This document shows, in pieces, positions 18,080 to 28,650 of a stretch of DNA of 64,000 bases. The position numbers and the translations under genes were made by a program. Each line of letters opens with the position of its first letter. Position 1 is the stretch's first letter. The notes under the pieces are model-generated. The model was not told where the DNA came from. It was given only the letters and a program-made list of their open reading frames with translations, and did not search any database. Source of the DNA: Akkermansia muciniphila (lineage in GTDB: Bacteria > Verrucomicrobiota > Verrucomicrobiia > Limisphaerales > SXTU01); the NCBI GenBank assembly GCA_945874145.1, contig CAMCFN010000004.1:5407-69406 (forward strand). Direction: 5' to 3'.

Positions 18080-19264
18080 ATGAACCCAGCCGAACGGCAA
18101 AGCCTTCTGTTCCCTGTTGGGAATCCCGCTTCCAATTGGCAGGCGCGTTTGGTCGCCGCCGTCGCCTTGGCTGGACTCCTCTCTTCAATGTCCCTGTCGG
18201 CGGCCGAATGGTTCGTCAACCCCGAGTCCGGCGCCGACAACAACTCTGGGGCGAAGGCCGCGCCATTCAAGACCGCCCAACTCGCCGTCAGCCGCGCGAA
18301 GCCGGGCGACATCATCCACCTGCTGCCCGAAGGTGCGGTCTATCGCCAGATGATCATGCTGGCGGGCAAGACTAACCTGACCATCGAAGGCCACGGCGTG
18401 ACCCTCACCGGGGCCGACCCGCTGCCGGCCGACGGCTGGGAACAGGTCGCGCCCGGGCTGCATCGCCGGCCGTTGCCCCGGACGCGCTTTGACCGCCACC
18501 TGCTCATCCGCGACGGCAAGGCGAACCGCATGGGCCGCAGCCCGTCGGTGGAGAAGCCATTTCCTGCGCCGGAGTCGTTGCGCGACCGCGAGTTTGCCTG
18601 GGTGCTGCAGCCCGACGAAAAGACCGGCTGGCTCTACGTGCGCGGCTTGACCGCGGGCTTGGAATGGAGCGTGCGCGACGCCGGCCTCGCCACCGGCGGC
18701 ACCAACCGCTTCATCACCGTCCGCAACCTCCGCACCCGCCACGCGCTCAACGACGGCTTCAACATTCATGGCGACTGCCGCGAGCTGCACTGCTATAACA
18801 TCAGCGGCTACGAAAACTTCGACGAGGGTTTCAGTGCCCACGACACCTGCCAGGTCTGGGTGACGGATGGAAAATTCTGGGGGAACGACAACGCCGTCGC
18901 CGACGTGAATCTGTGCGATTCCTACTACGTCCGCTGCGAGTTCCGCGACAGCGTGAGCGTGGAAGTGCTCTTCTCCGGCGGCGACCACCGGCTGGACGAC
19001 TGCCGGATCATCGCCTCGGGCAAGGTGGCCTTCTCGCTGTCCTCCGGCGGCAATCCGCGGACCAAGGAGCCAGGCACCGGAAAGTGCGCTGTGACCAAGA
19101 CCGAGATCTCCAGCGCCGACCAAACACCCCGCCCCCTGCGAATCGCTGAGCACAACGCAGCAACCTTCACGAACTGCCGGCTGCGCGGAATCGCCGTTTC
19201 GAATCGAGGAAAACTTACGGCCACCGAGTCCACGCTCGATGGCCTAGCCTGGCTTCCTCGCTAA
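18080..19264 (+). CDS. right-handed beta-helix protein (DUF1565-like N-terminus)
   Basis: WFVNPESGADNNSGAKAAPFKTAQLAVSRAKPGDIIHL. Only the part from ATG 18080 is taken as real. The upstream 345 codons of the 739-aa track ORF are antisense to the previous gene. Confidence 0.7.
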   Translation: MNPAERQSLLFPVGNPASNWQARLVAAVALAGLLSSMSLSAAEWFVNPESGADNNSGAKAAPFKTAQLAVSRAKPGDIIHLLPEGAVYRQMIMLAGKTNLTIEGHGVTLTGADPLPADGWEQVAPGLHRRPLPRTRFDRHLLIRDGKANRMGRSPSVEKPFPAPESLRDREFAWVLQPDEKTGWLYVRGLTAGLEWSVRDAGLATGGTNRFITVRNLRTRHALNDGFNIHGDCRELHCYNISGYENFDEGFSAHDTCQVWVTDGKFWGNDNAVADVNLCDSYYVRCEFRDSVSVEVLFSGGDHRLDDCRIIASGKVAFSLSSGGNPRTKEPGTGKCAVTKTEISSADQTPRPLRIAEHNAATFTNCRLRGIAVSNRGKLTATESTLDGLAWLPR

Positions 19265-19278
19265 ACACACCTCACCTC

Positions 19279-20451
19279 ATGAGTCCAGTTCCCAGCCAAG
19301 CTTCCTCCTTGAGTCGCCGTGGTTTCCTTGTTTCCTCCATGGCCGCCGCGCCGGTCTTCCTGCACACCGCCCGGTCCGCAGCGCCCGAGTTCAAGCTGCT
19401 CGACACCAAGGTTATTTCGCATCAGCCCGAGTATTACCACGGCTGGTCCACCGTTGCGCGCCGGAGCAATGGCGAGCTGTGGCTCGTGTGGTCCGGCGGA
19501 CGCGAGGCGCATGTGTGTCCCTTCGGCCAGGTGGTCGCCATGACTTCGCGCGACAACGGCACGACCTGGACCTGGCCGCGCGTGCTGCTGGACTGCGCCA
19601 TTGATGACCGCGACGCCGGGGTGCTGGAGACGGCGAAGGGCTCGCTGCTGGTAACGACCTTCAGTTCGCTCGCCTACGCGCCCGGCTTGGCGCAGGCCGA
19701 CAAGGACGGCAAATGGGCCGCGGCCAAACTTGCCCGTTGGCAGGCCGCGCACCATCGCCTCAGCCCTGAAGCACAGCAGAAGGAGCTTGGCCAATGGATG
19801 CTCCGCTCAACCGACGGCGGCGTGACGTGGTCGCCCCGCTACTCGTGCATTGTCAACAGCCCGCACGGGCCAATTCAGCTCCGCAACGGCCGCGTATTTT
19901 ACGCCGGCAAGGAACTCTGGACTGGGGAAAAACGCACCGGCGTGTGCGTGTCCGACGACGACGGACAGAACTGGCGCTGGCTGGCGGAAATTCCCGTCCG
20001 CGAGGGTGACTTGGCGAAGGACTACCACGAGTTGCACGCCGTCGAGTGCGCCAACGGCACGCTGCTGGTCCACATCCGCAATCACAACAAGCCGAACGCC
20101 GGCGAGACCTTGCAGACCGAGTCCACGGATGGCGGGAAGACGTGGAGCGAACCGCATTCCATCGGCGTCTGGGGTCTGCCTTCGCATTTGATGCGTCTGC
20201 GCGACGGCCGGCTCGTGATGAGCTACGGCCACCGCCGCGCTCCGCTCGGCAATCAAGCCTGCGTCAGCACCGACCACGGCAAGACTTGGAGCGAGCCGAT
20301 GATCATTTCCGGCGATGGCACCTCCGGCGATCTTGGCTATCCCAGCACCGTGCAGCTCGACGATGGTTCACTGCTCTCCGTCTGGTATGAGAAGTTGAGG
20401 GACCGCACCCAAGCCGTCCTGCGCCAGGCTCGCTGGACATTGGGTGCGTAG
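19279..20451 (+). CDS. BNR/Asp-box sialidase-family (GH33-like) protein with Tat leader
   Basis: SRRGFLVSSMAAAPVFL. Four Asp-box repeats: STDGGVTWS, SDDDGQNWRW, STDGGKTWSEP, STDHGKTWSEP. Confidence 0.85.
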   Translation: MSPVPSQASSLSRRGFLVSSMAAAPVFLHTARSAAPEFKLLDTKVISHQPEYYHGWSTVARRSNGELWLVWSGGREAHVCPFGQVVAMTSRDNGTTWTWPRVLLDCAIDDRDAGVLETAKGSLLVTTFSSLAYAPGLAQADKDGKWAAAKLARWQAAHHRLSPEAQQKELGQWMLRSTDGGVTWSPRYSCIVNSPHGPIQLRNGRVFYAGKELWTGEKRTGVCVSDDDGQNWRWLAEIPVREGDLAKDYHELHAVECANGTLLVHIRNHNKPNAGETLQTESTDGGKTWSEPHSIGVWGLPSHLMRLRDGRLVMSYGHRRAPLGNQACVSTDHGKTWSEPMIISGDGTSGDLGYPSTVQLDDGSLLSVWYEKLRDRTQAVLRQARWTLGA

Positions 20452-20464
20452 CTGTCAGACCACG

Positions 20465-22345
20465 ATGAATCGACTGTCATTGCTTCTCCTCACACTCGTC
20501 GCGTTCACAGCCCACGCGGCTGAACCGATCGACTTCACCGTGAAGCTCGAAACCGTCCTCCAGCACGACGACGGCAAGTTCCTCTGGTTCCACCCGCGCG
20601 CAGCCGCCATCCCCGGCACCAACCCGGCCGCACCGGCCGCGGTTATGACCATCCAGAAGCATCTCAAGGTCTCGGATTACTACTCCGGCCTGCATGTGAT
20701 GACCCGTGCCACACCCACCGCGCCGTGGACCGGCCCGGTGTTGCCGCCCGAGCTGGATTGGAAGCAACAGCCCGATGGCGTGACCATCAGCGTGGCGGAC
20801 GTGACGCCCGGCTGGCACGCGCCGACAGGCCGGCTCCTCGCCATCGGCTGCCAAGTCCGCTACAGCGAGAAAGGCAAGCAGCTCGACGACGTGAAGCGTG
20901 CCCACCAGACCGTGTATGCCGTGCTCGATCCGAAGACAGGCAAGTGGTCGCCGTGGCAGGTGCTGGAGATGCCGGCAGACGAAGAGTTCAACTTCGCCCG
21001 CAACGCCTGCGCCCAATGGCTCGTGCGCACCGACGGCTCCCTGCTCGTGCCGCTCTACACCGGCAAAAGTGCGAAGGACCGCTACAGCACCACCGTGGCG
21101 GAATGCCGCTTCGATGGCACCAAGCTCACCTTCGTGCGCCACGGCAGCGTGCTGCGGCTGCCGGTGGCACGCGGGCTTTATGAGCCGTCGCTCGTCGCAT
21201 TTCAGGGACGCTACTTCCTAACGCTGCGCAACGACCTGCGTGGCTACGTCAGCGTGAGCGACGACGGCCAGAACTTCGCCGAACCGAAGCCCTGGCTCTT
21301 TTACGACGGCACCGAACTCGGCAGCTACAACACGCAGCAGCACTGGCTCGCGCACAGCGATGGACTGTTCCTCATCTACACCCGGCGCGGCGCAAACAAC
21401 GACCACATCATCCGCCATCGCGCACCGCTCTTCATGGCCCAGGTGGACCCCGCCACGCTCCGCGTCCGCCGCGCCACCGAGAAAGTCGTCGTGCCCGAGC
21501 GTGGTGCGGAACTCGGCAACTTCGGCTGCAACATCTTCAGCGAAGCCGAGTCCTGGGTGACGGTGTCCGAAGGCATGTTCATGAAGGACTCGAAGCAGCG
21601 TGGCGCGGTAGGCGCGACCTTCGTGGCCCGCATTCTCTGGTCGAAGCCGAACCAGCTCGCCCGCGCAACCGCACCCACCGCGAGCAAGCTCCGCATCGTC
21701 ACGCTCGGAGACTCCATCACGAAAGGCGTCCGCCCCGGCGTGAAGGCAGAGGAGACCTTTGCCGCGCGCTTGGAAGCAGCCTTGCGCGCGGACGGCGTGG
21801 ACGCTTCCGTGGCCAACGTCGGCATTGGCGGCGAGCGCACGGATCAGGCGTTGAAGCGGCTGGCCAAGGACGTCCTCGCGCAAAAGCCGACCCTCGTAAC
21901 CATCATGTATGGCACCAACGACAGCTACGTGGACCAGAGCAAAAGCGCCTCGCGCATCACCGCCGACGAGTATCGCGCGAACCTCGGCCAGCTCGTGGAC
22001 GAACTGCGCGCCGCCGGAGTCACGTCGGTCCTGATGACCGAGCCGCGCTGGGGCAGGACGGCGAAGCTCAACGGCGTTGGCGAACACCCGAACGTGCAGC
22101 TCGAAAAGTATGTCGAAGCCTGCCGCGCCGTCGCGAAGGAGAAGCAAACGCCTCTCGTGGACCACTACCAGCACTGGACCAACGCGGAAGCCAAGGGCAC
22201 CGACATCGGCGCCTGGACCACCGACCAGTGCCACCCGAATCCCGCCGGCCATCGGGTGCTCACCGAAGTCATGCTGCCGGTCATACGCACTGGCTTGAAA
22301 TCACCCTTGTCGACTTTCCGCATCACTCCGATTCTCCACCCATGA
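20465..22345 (+). CDS. fusion protein: sialidase-like beta-propeller N-domain + SGNH/GDSL esterase C-domain
   Basis: Signal peptide MNRLSLLLLTLVAFTAHA. N-domain has an SDDGQNF Asp-box-like motif. C-domain has SGNH blocks I-V: TLGDSITKG, GIGGERT, MYGTNDS, DQCHPNPAGH. Confidence 0.75.
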   Translation: MNRLSLLLLTLVAFTAHAAEPIDFTVKLETVLQHDDGKFLWFHPRAAAIPGTNPAAPAAVMTIQKHLKVSDYYSGLHVMTRATPTAPWTGPVLPPELDWKQQPDGVTISVADVTPGWHAPTGRLLAIGCQVRYSEKGKQLDDVKRAHQTVYAVLDPKTGKWSPWQVLEMPADEEFNFARNACAQWLVRTDGSLLVPLYTGKSAKDRYSTTVAECRFDGTKLTFVRHGSVLRLPVARGLYEPSLVAFQGRYFLTLRNDLRGYVSVSDDGQNFAEPKPWLFYDGTELGSYNTQQHWLAHSDGLFLIYTRRGANNDHIIRHRAPLFMAQVDPATLRVRRATEKVVVPERGAELGNFGCNIFSEAESWVTVSEGMFMKDSKQRGAVGATFVARILWSKPNQLARATAPTASKLRIVTLGDSITKGVRPGVKAEETFAARLEAALRADGVDASVANVGIGGERTDQALKRLAKDVLAQKPTLVTIMYGTNDSYVDQSKSASRITADEYRANLGQLVDELRAAGVTSVLMTEPRWGRTAKLNGVGEHPNVQLEKYVEACRAVAKEKQTPLVDHYQHWTNAEAKGTDIGAWTTDQCHPNPAGHRVLTEVMLPVIRTGLKSPLSTFRITPILHP

Positions 22346-23307
22346 AGCACCTTTTCAGATTATTCCTCCTGTCCCTCCCGCTGCTCGCAAACGGCGTCGA
22401 GTTGAATCTCCCGCTGCATCCCGACGAGGTAAAAATCATCCAGGCCATCATCGCGATGGAAGGCGTCGAAGTCGAAGTCACCGATATGCCGGGTTACGCC
22501 AAAGGCAGCCTCTTCAAGACGCTCGAAGGCTACGGCGTCGATGCGAAATCGCTGAAGACCTTGGGCATCGCGTTGAAGGGCAAGCCGCAGGTGGCGCTCA
22601 CCTTTGCCTACAACCCAGCGGGCCGTGTCGTGGCCTTGCATGGCAACGGCCCGTGGCTGCGCAACAGCACGCTGCGCTCGTTCAAGGCTCTGCCGGAGCT
22701 GCGCATCATCCGCATGGACCACAATGGCTTCGTCGGCAACGAGCCGCGCATCCCGGAGTTCGATGGCAGCGGCTTTGACGCGCTCGTGGACTCGAAGCTC
22801 GCGGACATCAAAATCGGCCTCAGCTTTTCCGACAAAGGGATGGAGCAGTGCGCGAAAATCAAAACGCTGCGCAGTTTCTCTGTCGCTCATTCACAGGCCA
22901 CGGGGGCGGGCATCGCGTTCTTCGCCGGGCATCCGGGGCTGACGAGTTTCTCCATTAGCGAGATGGGCAAGCCGAGCGTCACCGAGAAGGCATTGGGAGC
23001 CATCGCGAAGATTCCGAATCTGAAGCGGGTGGGTTTGGGCGAGTGCTATGTGACGTATGCCGGCGGGTTCGCGCTCCTCGCGCCGTTCAAGGGCAAACTC
23101 ACCGAAATCAACCTCAGCATGTGCGTGGCGGCGCAGGCGGACTTGGACAAGCTGAAGGCCGACCATCCGCAGGCGAACATCATCACGACACCGGTGGCCG
23201 AGATTCCGAAGCGCCATATCGGCGTGGCGATGAGTCTCGCCAAACAGGTGCCGCCGGACCTCGCCGCGCCCCTGAACGCCGCCATCGAGCAGTTCCGCAA
23301 AAAGTAA
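22342..23307 (+). CDS. secreted leucine-rich-repeat (RNI-like) protein
   Basis: The ATG overlaps the upstream TGA (ATGA). Signal peptide MKHLFRLFLLSLPLLANG. Repeated L..L..L/C-containing units of about 25 aa. Confidence 0.55.
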   Translation: MKHLFRLFLLSLPLLANGVELNLPLHPDEVKIIQAIIAMEGVEVEVTDMPGYAKGSLFKTLEGYGVDAKSLKTLGIALKGKPQVALTFAYNPAGRVVALHGNGPWLRNSTLRSFKALPELRIIRMDHNGFVGNEPRIPEFDGSGFDALVDSKLADIKIGLSFSDKGMEQCAKIKTLRSFSVAHSQATGAGIAFFAGHPGLTSFSISEMGKPSVTEKALGAIAKIPNLKRVGLGECYVTYAGGFALLAPFKGKLTEINLSMCVAAQADLDKLKADHPQANIITTPVAEIPKRHIGVAMSLAKQVPPDLAAPLNAAIEQFRKK

Positions 23308-23319
23308 TCCGTCTTCGTC

Positions 23320-25914
23320 ATGCGCCTTGCCCCGATTCTCATTCTGCTGGTCTTCGCCCAAGGGCTCCAAGCGGTGCCCGATTTCGAGCGCGAGGTGCGC
23401 CCGTTTCTCAAGCAGAACTGTTACTCCTGCCACGATGCGAAGAAGGCGAAGGCGGGCTTCCGCATTGATGAATTGGGCACGGATTTCCTCAGCGGCAAGA
23501 CGGCGGACGCCTGGCACGAGGTCATCAACCAAATCAACAGCGGCGAGATGCCGCCGAAGAAAGAGCCGAGGCCGGATGCGAAGGCGGCGTTTGCCGTGGT
23601 GGAATGGGTGGGCGCGAATCTGAAGAACGCGGAGCGGCAGGCGCGCATGGCGGGCGGGCGCATCCTGATGCGGCGGCTGAACCGGCAGGAGTATGCGAAC
23701 ACCGTCGGCGATTTGTTCCGGCTCGACCCGAATTTTGTCGAGAAGCTGAAACGCGAACTGCCCGCCGATGGCAAAGCGGAGGGCTTCGACCGCATCGGCA
23801 GCGCGCTGTTTTTCGACCAGACGCAGATGCTCGGCTATCTCGACTGGGCCGGGCAGATTGCCCGCGAGGCGGTGCAGAGCGCGCCGCCGAAGGCGGAGAC
23901 CTATGTCTATGAGGCGGAGAAGCACCTCAACAGAAACGAAGGCCCGACCGTAGAAGTGGGGCAGGCCATCGACCATCAGATTCCCCTCGGCCCCACGTTC
24001 TACGACAAGAAAGCCACGGGCGTCGAGATTTGGGCGGGCCACGGCGGCAAGCCTGATGAAGATAATAAGACGTGGGCGATGGTGCCGTATGGACCGCGCC
24101 CGGACCTGACGAAGCTGGTCACGCAGGACGGCTACTATCGAGTGCGCGTTCATGCCGGGGCCTCGACTGGCGCGCGGGGGACTCCGGTGGTGATGCGCCT
24201 CACCTACGCCGTCGGCACGCCGCTGGAGAGCATCCATGACATCACCATCGAGGGAACTTTGGAGAAACCAGGTGTGGCGGAGACGCTGGTGTTCCTGCGG
24301 GCCGGGCAGCCCGACCAGCAGAAGCCCTTGGTGCCGTCTTGGAATGGCATCAACAACCTGCGCGTCAACAATCCCGAATGGGGTGCCGTCCACCTGCGTT
24401 GGCTCATATCGCAGGGCAAACTCTCAAAAGCTGCGGCTGCACGTGACGATGCCGAAGTCGCACGACTCAAGGTCGAGCGCGAGCAGGTGCTCAAGGACTT
24501 GAATGCCTTCACCGGGCCGCGCTGGATTCCGCATCCGACGCACAACCCGGCCACCGCGCCGCGCCTCTTCCTCGATAAAATCACGGTGGAAGGTCCGCTG
24601 CCAAAGGAGTGGCCACCGGCGAGCCATGCCCTGCTCGGACTCGATGACAAAACCCCGCAGGACGAAAACGGCCTGCGCTCGGTGTTCGCATCGCTGCTGC
24701 CGAGAGCGTATCGTCGGCCCGTCGAAAAAGCGGAAGTGGATAAGCTCGTGCGCATCGCCGCCGGTGCGATGCAGCGCGAGAAGATACCCTTTCCCGATGC
24801 GCTCCGACTTGGCCTGCAAACGATGCTTTGCTCGCCGGGCTTTGTTTTCATCCAGGAGCCGCAACCGCGCGCTGCTGCTGCCGCGAAGGGCACGCGTCAG
24901 CTGAACGACTTCGAACTCGCGAGCCGCCTTTCCTATTTCCTCTGGAGCAGCCAGCCGGACGACGCGCTGCTCGCGCTCGCGGACAAAGGCACCCTGAAGC
25001 AGCCCGCGACGCTCCGCGCCCAGGTCACGCGCCTGTTAGCGGATGCGAAGAGCCGGCGTTTCGTTGAGAATTTCGCCGGTCAGTGGCTCGATGTGGAGCA
25101 GTTCGGCAGCGTGGAGCCAGCGAAGGAATACAAGAGCTATGACAACGCGCTCAAGACCGCGAGCCGCGAGGAGCCGCTGGCGTTTTTCCAGCAGGTGCTC
25201 ACGGAAAATCTGCCGGTCGCGAGCTTCCTCGACTCCGACTTCCTCGTCATCAATGAACGCCTCGCGCGGCACTACGGCATCGAGGGCGTGAGCGGCGAGA
25301 CGTTTCAAAAAGCCGCGCTCAAGCCGGAGCATCATCGCGGCGGCGTCCTCGGCATGGCCGGGCTGCTGACCTTGCTGGCTGATGGCACCCGCACACTGCC
25401 AGTGCGGCGTGGGGCGTGGGTTTTGGAGAAGCTGCTCAACGACCCGTCACCGCCTCCGCCGCCGAACGCGGGCGACATCCAGCCGAATACCGCTGGCGCG
25501 AAACTCACCGTCCGCGAGCGCCTGCAAAAGCACCGCGACGAGCCGAGCTGCGCGAGTTGCCATGCCAAGCTCGACCCCTACGGCCTCGCATTGGAGAACT
25601 ACGACGCCATCGGCGCGTGGCGCGAGCGCCAAAATGGCGAGGGCATCGGCGGAAAAAATGCGCCGGTCATTGATGCCAGCGGCGCGCTCAAATCCGGACG
25701 CGCGTTCCAAGACCTCACCGGCTACAAGGCCGGATTGATGGCCGAGCAGGACAAGTTCATCCGCGCCTTCACGGAAAAGCTGCTCACCTACGCGCTCGGC
25801 CGCCCCGTGGGCTACGTGGACCACGCCACGATCGAAACCATCCTGAAATCCGAGCCGCGCCTGCAATCGCTCGTGCAAGCGGTCGTCGCCTCCGAACCTT
25901 TTCAAACCAAGTAA
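23320..25914 (+). CDS. DUF1587/DUF1592/DUF1595/DUF1588/DUF1585 multi-domain protein with N-terminal CxxCH (planctomycete cytochrome c-like) motif
   Basis: FEREVRPFLKQNCYSCHD, MRRLNRQEYANTVGDLF, LASRLSYFLWSSQPDD, FVENFAGQWLDV, SCASCHAKLDPYGLALENYDAIGAWR. Confidence 0.85.
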   Translation: MRLAPILILLVFAQGLQAVPDFEREVRPFLKQNCYSCHDAKKAKAGFRIDELGTDFLSGKTADAWHEVINQINSGEMPPKKEPRPDAKAAFAVVEWVGANLKNAERQARMAGGRILMRRLNRQEYANTVGDLFRLDPNFVEKLKRELPADGKAEGFDRIGSALFFDQTQMLGYLDWAGQIAREAVQSAPPKAETYVYEAEKHLNRNEGPTVEVGQAIDHQIPLGPTFYDKKATGVEIWAGHGGKPDEDNKTWAMVPYGPRPDLTKLVTQDGYYRVRVHAGASTGARGTPVVMRLTYAVGTPLESIHDITIEGTLEKPGVAETLVFLRAGQPDQQKPLVPSWNGINNLRVNNPEWGAVHLRWLISQGKLSKAAAARDDAEVARLKVEREQVLKDLNAFTGPRWIPHPTHNPATAPRLFLDKITVEGPLPKEWPPASHALLGLDDKTPQDENGLRSVFASLLPRAYRRPVEKAEVDKLVRIAAGAMQREKIPFPDALRLGLQTMLCSPGFVFIQEPQPRAAAAAKGTRQLNDFELASRLSYFLWSSQPDDALLALADKGTLKQPATLRAQVTRLLADAKSRRFVENFAGQWLDVEQFGSVEPAKEYKSYDNALKTASREEPLAFFQQVLTENLPVASFLDSDFLVINERLARHYGIEGVSGETFQKAALKPEHHRGGVLGMAGLLTLLADGTRTLPVRRGAWVLEKLLNDPSPPPPPNAGDIQPNTAGAKLTVRERLQKHRDEPSCASCHAKLDPYGLALENYDAIGAWRERQNGEGIGGKNAPVIDASGALKSGRAFQDLTGYKAGLMAEQDKFIRAFTEKLLTYALGRPVGYVDHATIETILKSEPRLQSLVQAVVASEPFQTK

Positions 25915-25919
25915 CCACC

Positions 25920-27284
25920 ATGAACATCCTCAAACACCGCTCCATCGACCGCCGCACATTCCTGCGCGGCACCGGCGTCTCGCTCGCGCTGCCCTGGCTT
26001 GAATCCATGTCCTCGCTGGCACGCGCGGCATCTACGGCGGGCGGCATCGCGGAGAGCGAGCGTCCGAAACGCGCCCTCTTCACCATGTGGGGCCTCGGCA
26101 TGAACGGCCGCGATTTCACGCCCGCGAACACGGGCCGCGATTGGGGCGTCACGCCCATCCTGAAGCCCGTGGCGCACCTGCGCGATGACTTCACCCTCAT
26201 CAGCGGCCTCAAACTCACGCACTCCGGCGGCCACGGCGGTGACCGCACCTTCTTGACCGGCACCGCCACGCACAAAGCCGACGCGAAGCTCCGCATCTCC
26301 GCCGACCAGGAAATCGCCGAGGCCATCGGCAAAGCCACGCGTTACCCCAGCCTCGTGCTCGGCATCAATCGCGGCACCGGCTTCGGCAGCGGCACCATTG
26401 ACAAGACGCTTGCCTGGACCCGCGGCGGCACGCCCATCCCGGCGGAAAACCGTCCGCACATCCTCTTCGACAAACTCTTCCGCGCCGAAAGCCCTGACGA
26501 AGTCGCCGCCCGCAGGGTCGGTGCCGGCCGCACCGGCAGCGTGCTCGACGCCGTGCGCGACGAGGCAAAGACCCTGCAAAACCGCCTCGGCAAAGACGAC
26601 CTCGCCAAGCTCGACGAATACTTCACCTCCATCCGCGACGTGGAGCAGAGCATCGCCACCGACCTCGCCTGGCTCGACAAGCCGAAGCCAAAAGTCGCCG
26701 CGATTGACTTCGGCAAGAACGTCCAGGCGCTCGACCCCGAGCTGCAAGCCAAGGGCAACTTCGACTACCGCCGCTACCAGCGCCTCATGTTCGATGTCAT
26801 CACCCTCGCGCTCCAGACCGACAGCACCCGCGTCATCAACTACTACGCCCGCCGCGACCTCAACGACGGCACCCATTGCTACGCCTACAAAGGCTGCCCC
26901 TACGGCTACCACGAAATGACCCACCACGGCGAAGACCCCGACAAGCTCAAGTGGCTCACCACCGTGGACACTTGGTATATGGAGGACTGGGCTTACTTCA
27001 TCGAAAAGCTCAAGAGCGCCAAGGAAGGCGACGGCACCCTGCTCGACCACACCATGCTCGTCTGGGGCAGCAGCGGCGGCACTGTCAACGCCCACAACAA
27101 CACCGAACTGCCCACCATGCTCGTCGGCGGTCAAAAAATCGGCATCAAGCACCAGGGCCACCTTGAGAAAAAGGACGTCCGTCTCGGCAACCTCTGGCAG
27201 ACGATGTTCGGCGTTATGGGCGTGAAAGTGCCCGACAAATTTCAAGGCGGCGAAGCGGATGGCATCGTGAAGGAAATCGTGTGA
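25920..27284 (+). CDS. DUF1552 family protein (usual partner of DUF1592 proteins)
   Basis: MNILKHRSIDRRTFLRGTGVSLALPWLESM Tat-like leader. Lies 5 nt downstream of the DUF1592-type gene. Confidence 0.85.
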   Translation: MNILKHRSIDRRTFLRGTGVSLALPWLESMSSLARAASTAGGIAESERPKRALFTMWGLGMNGRDFTPANTGRDWGVTPILKPVAHLRDDFTLISGLKLTHSGGHGGDRTFLTGTATHKADAKLRISADQEIAEAIGKATRYPSLVLGINRGTGFGSGTIDKTLAWTRGGTPIPAENRPHILFDKLFRAESPDEVAARRVGAGRTGSVLDAVRDEAKTLQNRLGKDDLAKLDEYFTSIRDVEQSIATDLAWLDKPKPKVAAIDFGKNVQALDPELQAKGNFDYRRYQRLMFDVITLALQTDSTRVINYYARRDLNDGTHCYAYKGCPYGYHEMTHHGEDPDKLKWLTTVDTWYMEDWAYFIEKLKSAKEGDGTLLDHTMLVWGSSGGTVNAHNNTELPTMLVGGQKIGIKHQGHLEKKDVRLGNLWQTMFGVMGVKVPDKFQGGEADGIVKEIV

Positions 27285-27489
27285 GGCCTGCCACAACCGG
27301 CTGTCGCATTTCTATGAAAAACCCGTTGCTGAAATGCAGCCACACCGGAAGAGGCGACCTGCCTGAAGCTCGGCATCAACCCGATCCATGAACCACCGCG
27401 CCGCTGAACGGTGTGCTTGAAAACGCCCGATGATGAATCGCCGGGCCGTGCCTATTCCACGAATGCCTTTCCGTTCCTCATCACCCACC

Positions 27490-28650
27490 ATGAAACCACT
27501 GCCTCTCCTCATCGCCACCCTCCTGTTCGCCGCCACACTGTCGGTCCAGGCCGCCTCGCCGCTCACGTCCGCCATCGAAGCCGCGCTCACCAGGGAGATC
27601 GCCGCCCACCACGCCGCCGGCGTCGTCACGCTCGTGATGCAGGACGGCAAGGTGATTCATCACGCTGCCACCGGACTCGCTGACCGCGACCAAAAGCTCC
27701 CGATGAAGGCCGATTCACTTTTCTGGATCGCCTCCATGACCAAGTCCGTGGCCGTCACCACGATCATGACGCTCGTGGACGAGGGCAAGCTCTCGCTCGA
27801 CGTTCCCGCGTCGCAGTGGCTGCCCGAGCTGGGCAAGGTCAAGCTCGCCAGCGGGCAGCCGCCCGCCCGCGCCATCACACTGCGTGACCTGCTGTCGCAC
27901 ACGGCGGGCATCGCGTTTCCGCCGCGCAAGTCCACCGATGGAGCGCACTCCCTCAAGGGCTACGTGGCGGAGTTGCTGCGCGCGCCCCTCGCCTTCGAGC
28001 CGGGTTCGGCCTACGAATACGGCTTTGGGATCACCGTCGCGGGCCGCATCGCGGAGCTGGTTTCCGGCAAGCCCTTTGAAGTGCTGATGCACGAGCGCGT
28101 CCTCGACCCGCTGGGCATGAAGGAGACCACGTTCCATCCCGACGCCCGCCAGCGCCCGCGCATCGCCCGCACTTACAAATCCGCCGAGGGCGGCGGCCTC
28201 GCACTGGCCAACAACGTCTTCGTCACGTCCGACCCCGCCGTGCGGCGCATGGCCGAGCCCTCGGGCGGGCTGTTCTCCACGGCGGCGGACATGGCCAAGT
28301 TCTACCAGATGATTCTCAACGGCGGCGTGCATGAGGGGAAACGCATCGTGTCGGAAAAGGCCGTCGCCGAGATGACGCGCCCGCACAAGGCCGGCGGCAA
28401 GACTCTGAACTACGGTCTCGGCTGGCAGACCGGCAACGGCGAGAGGCCGGCCGTTCCTGGTTTTTCCAAAACCGCCTTCGGCCACGGCGGCGCGTTCGCC
28501 ACGCACGGGTTCATTGATCCCGAGCGCAAACTGGTCACGGTGTTCATGGTGCAGAACGTCTTGGTGACCGGCAGCGGCGATGCGCGCAAGGCCTTCCATG
28601 ATGAAGTCAACCGCGCGCTGAAAAGCGGCGAAACAAGCTCGGCCCAGTGA
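27490..28650 (+). CDS. serine hydrolase, beta-lactamase (class C/PBP4-like) family
   Basis: Signal peptide MKPLPLLIATLLFAATLSVQA. S-x-x-K motif ASMTKSV, YEYGFG, HGGAF (KTG-equivalent region). The track ORF opens at 27430. Confidence 0.85.
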   Translation: MKPLPLLIATLLFAATLSVQAASPLTSAIEAALTREIAAHHAAGVVTLVMQDGKVIHHAATGLADRDQKLPMKADSLFWIASMTKSVAVTTIMTLVDEGKLSLDVPASQWLPELGKVKLASGQPPARAITLRDLLSHTAGIAFPPRKSTDGAHSLKGYVAELLRAPLAFEPGSAYEYGFGITVAGRIAELVSGKPFEVLMHERVLDPLGMKETTFHPDARQRPRIARTYKSAEGGGLALANNVFVTSDPAVRRMAEPSGGLFSTAADMAKFYQMILNGGVHEGKRIVSEKAVAEMTRPHKAGGKTLNYGLGWQTGNGERPAVPGFSKTAFGHGGAFATHGFIDPERKLVTVFMVQNVLVTGSGDARKAFHDEVNRALKSGETSSAQ

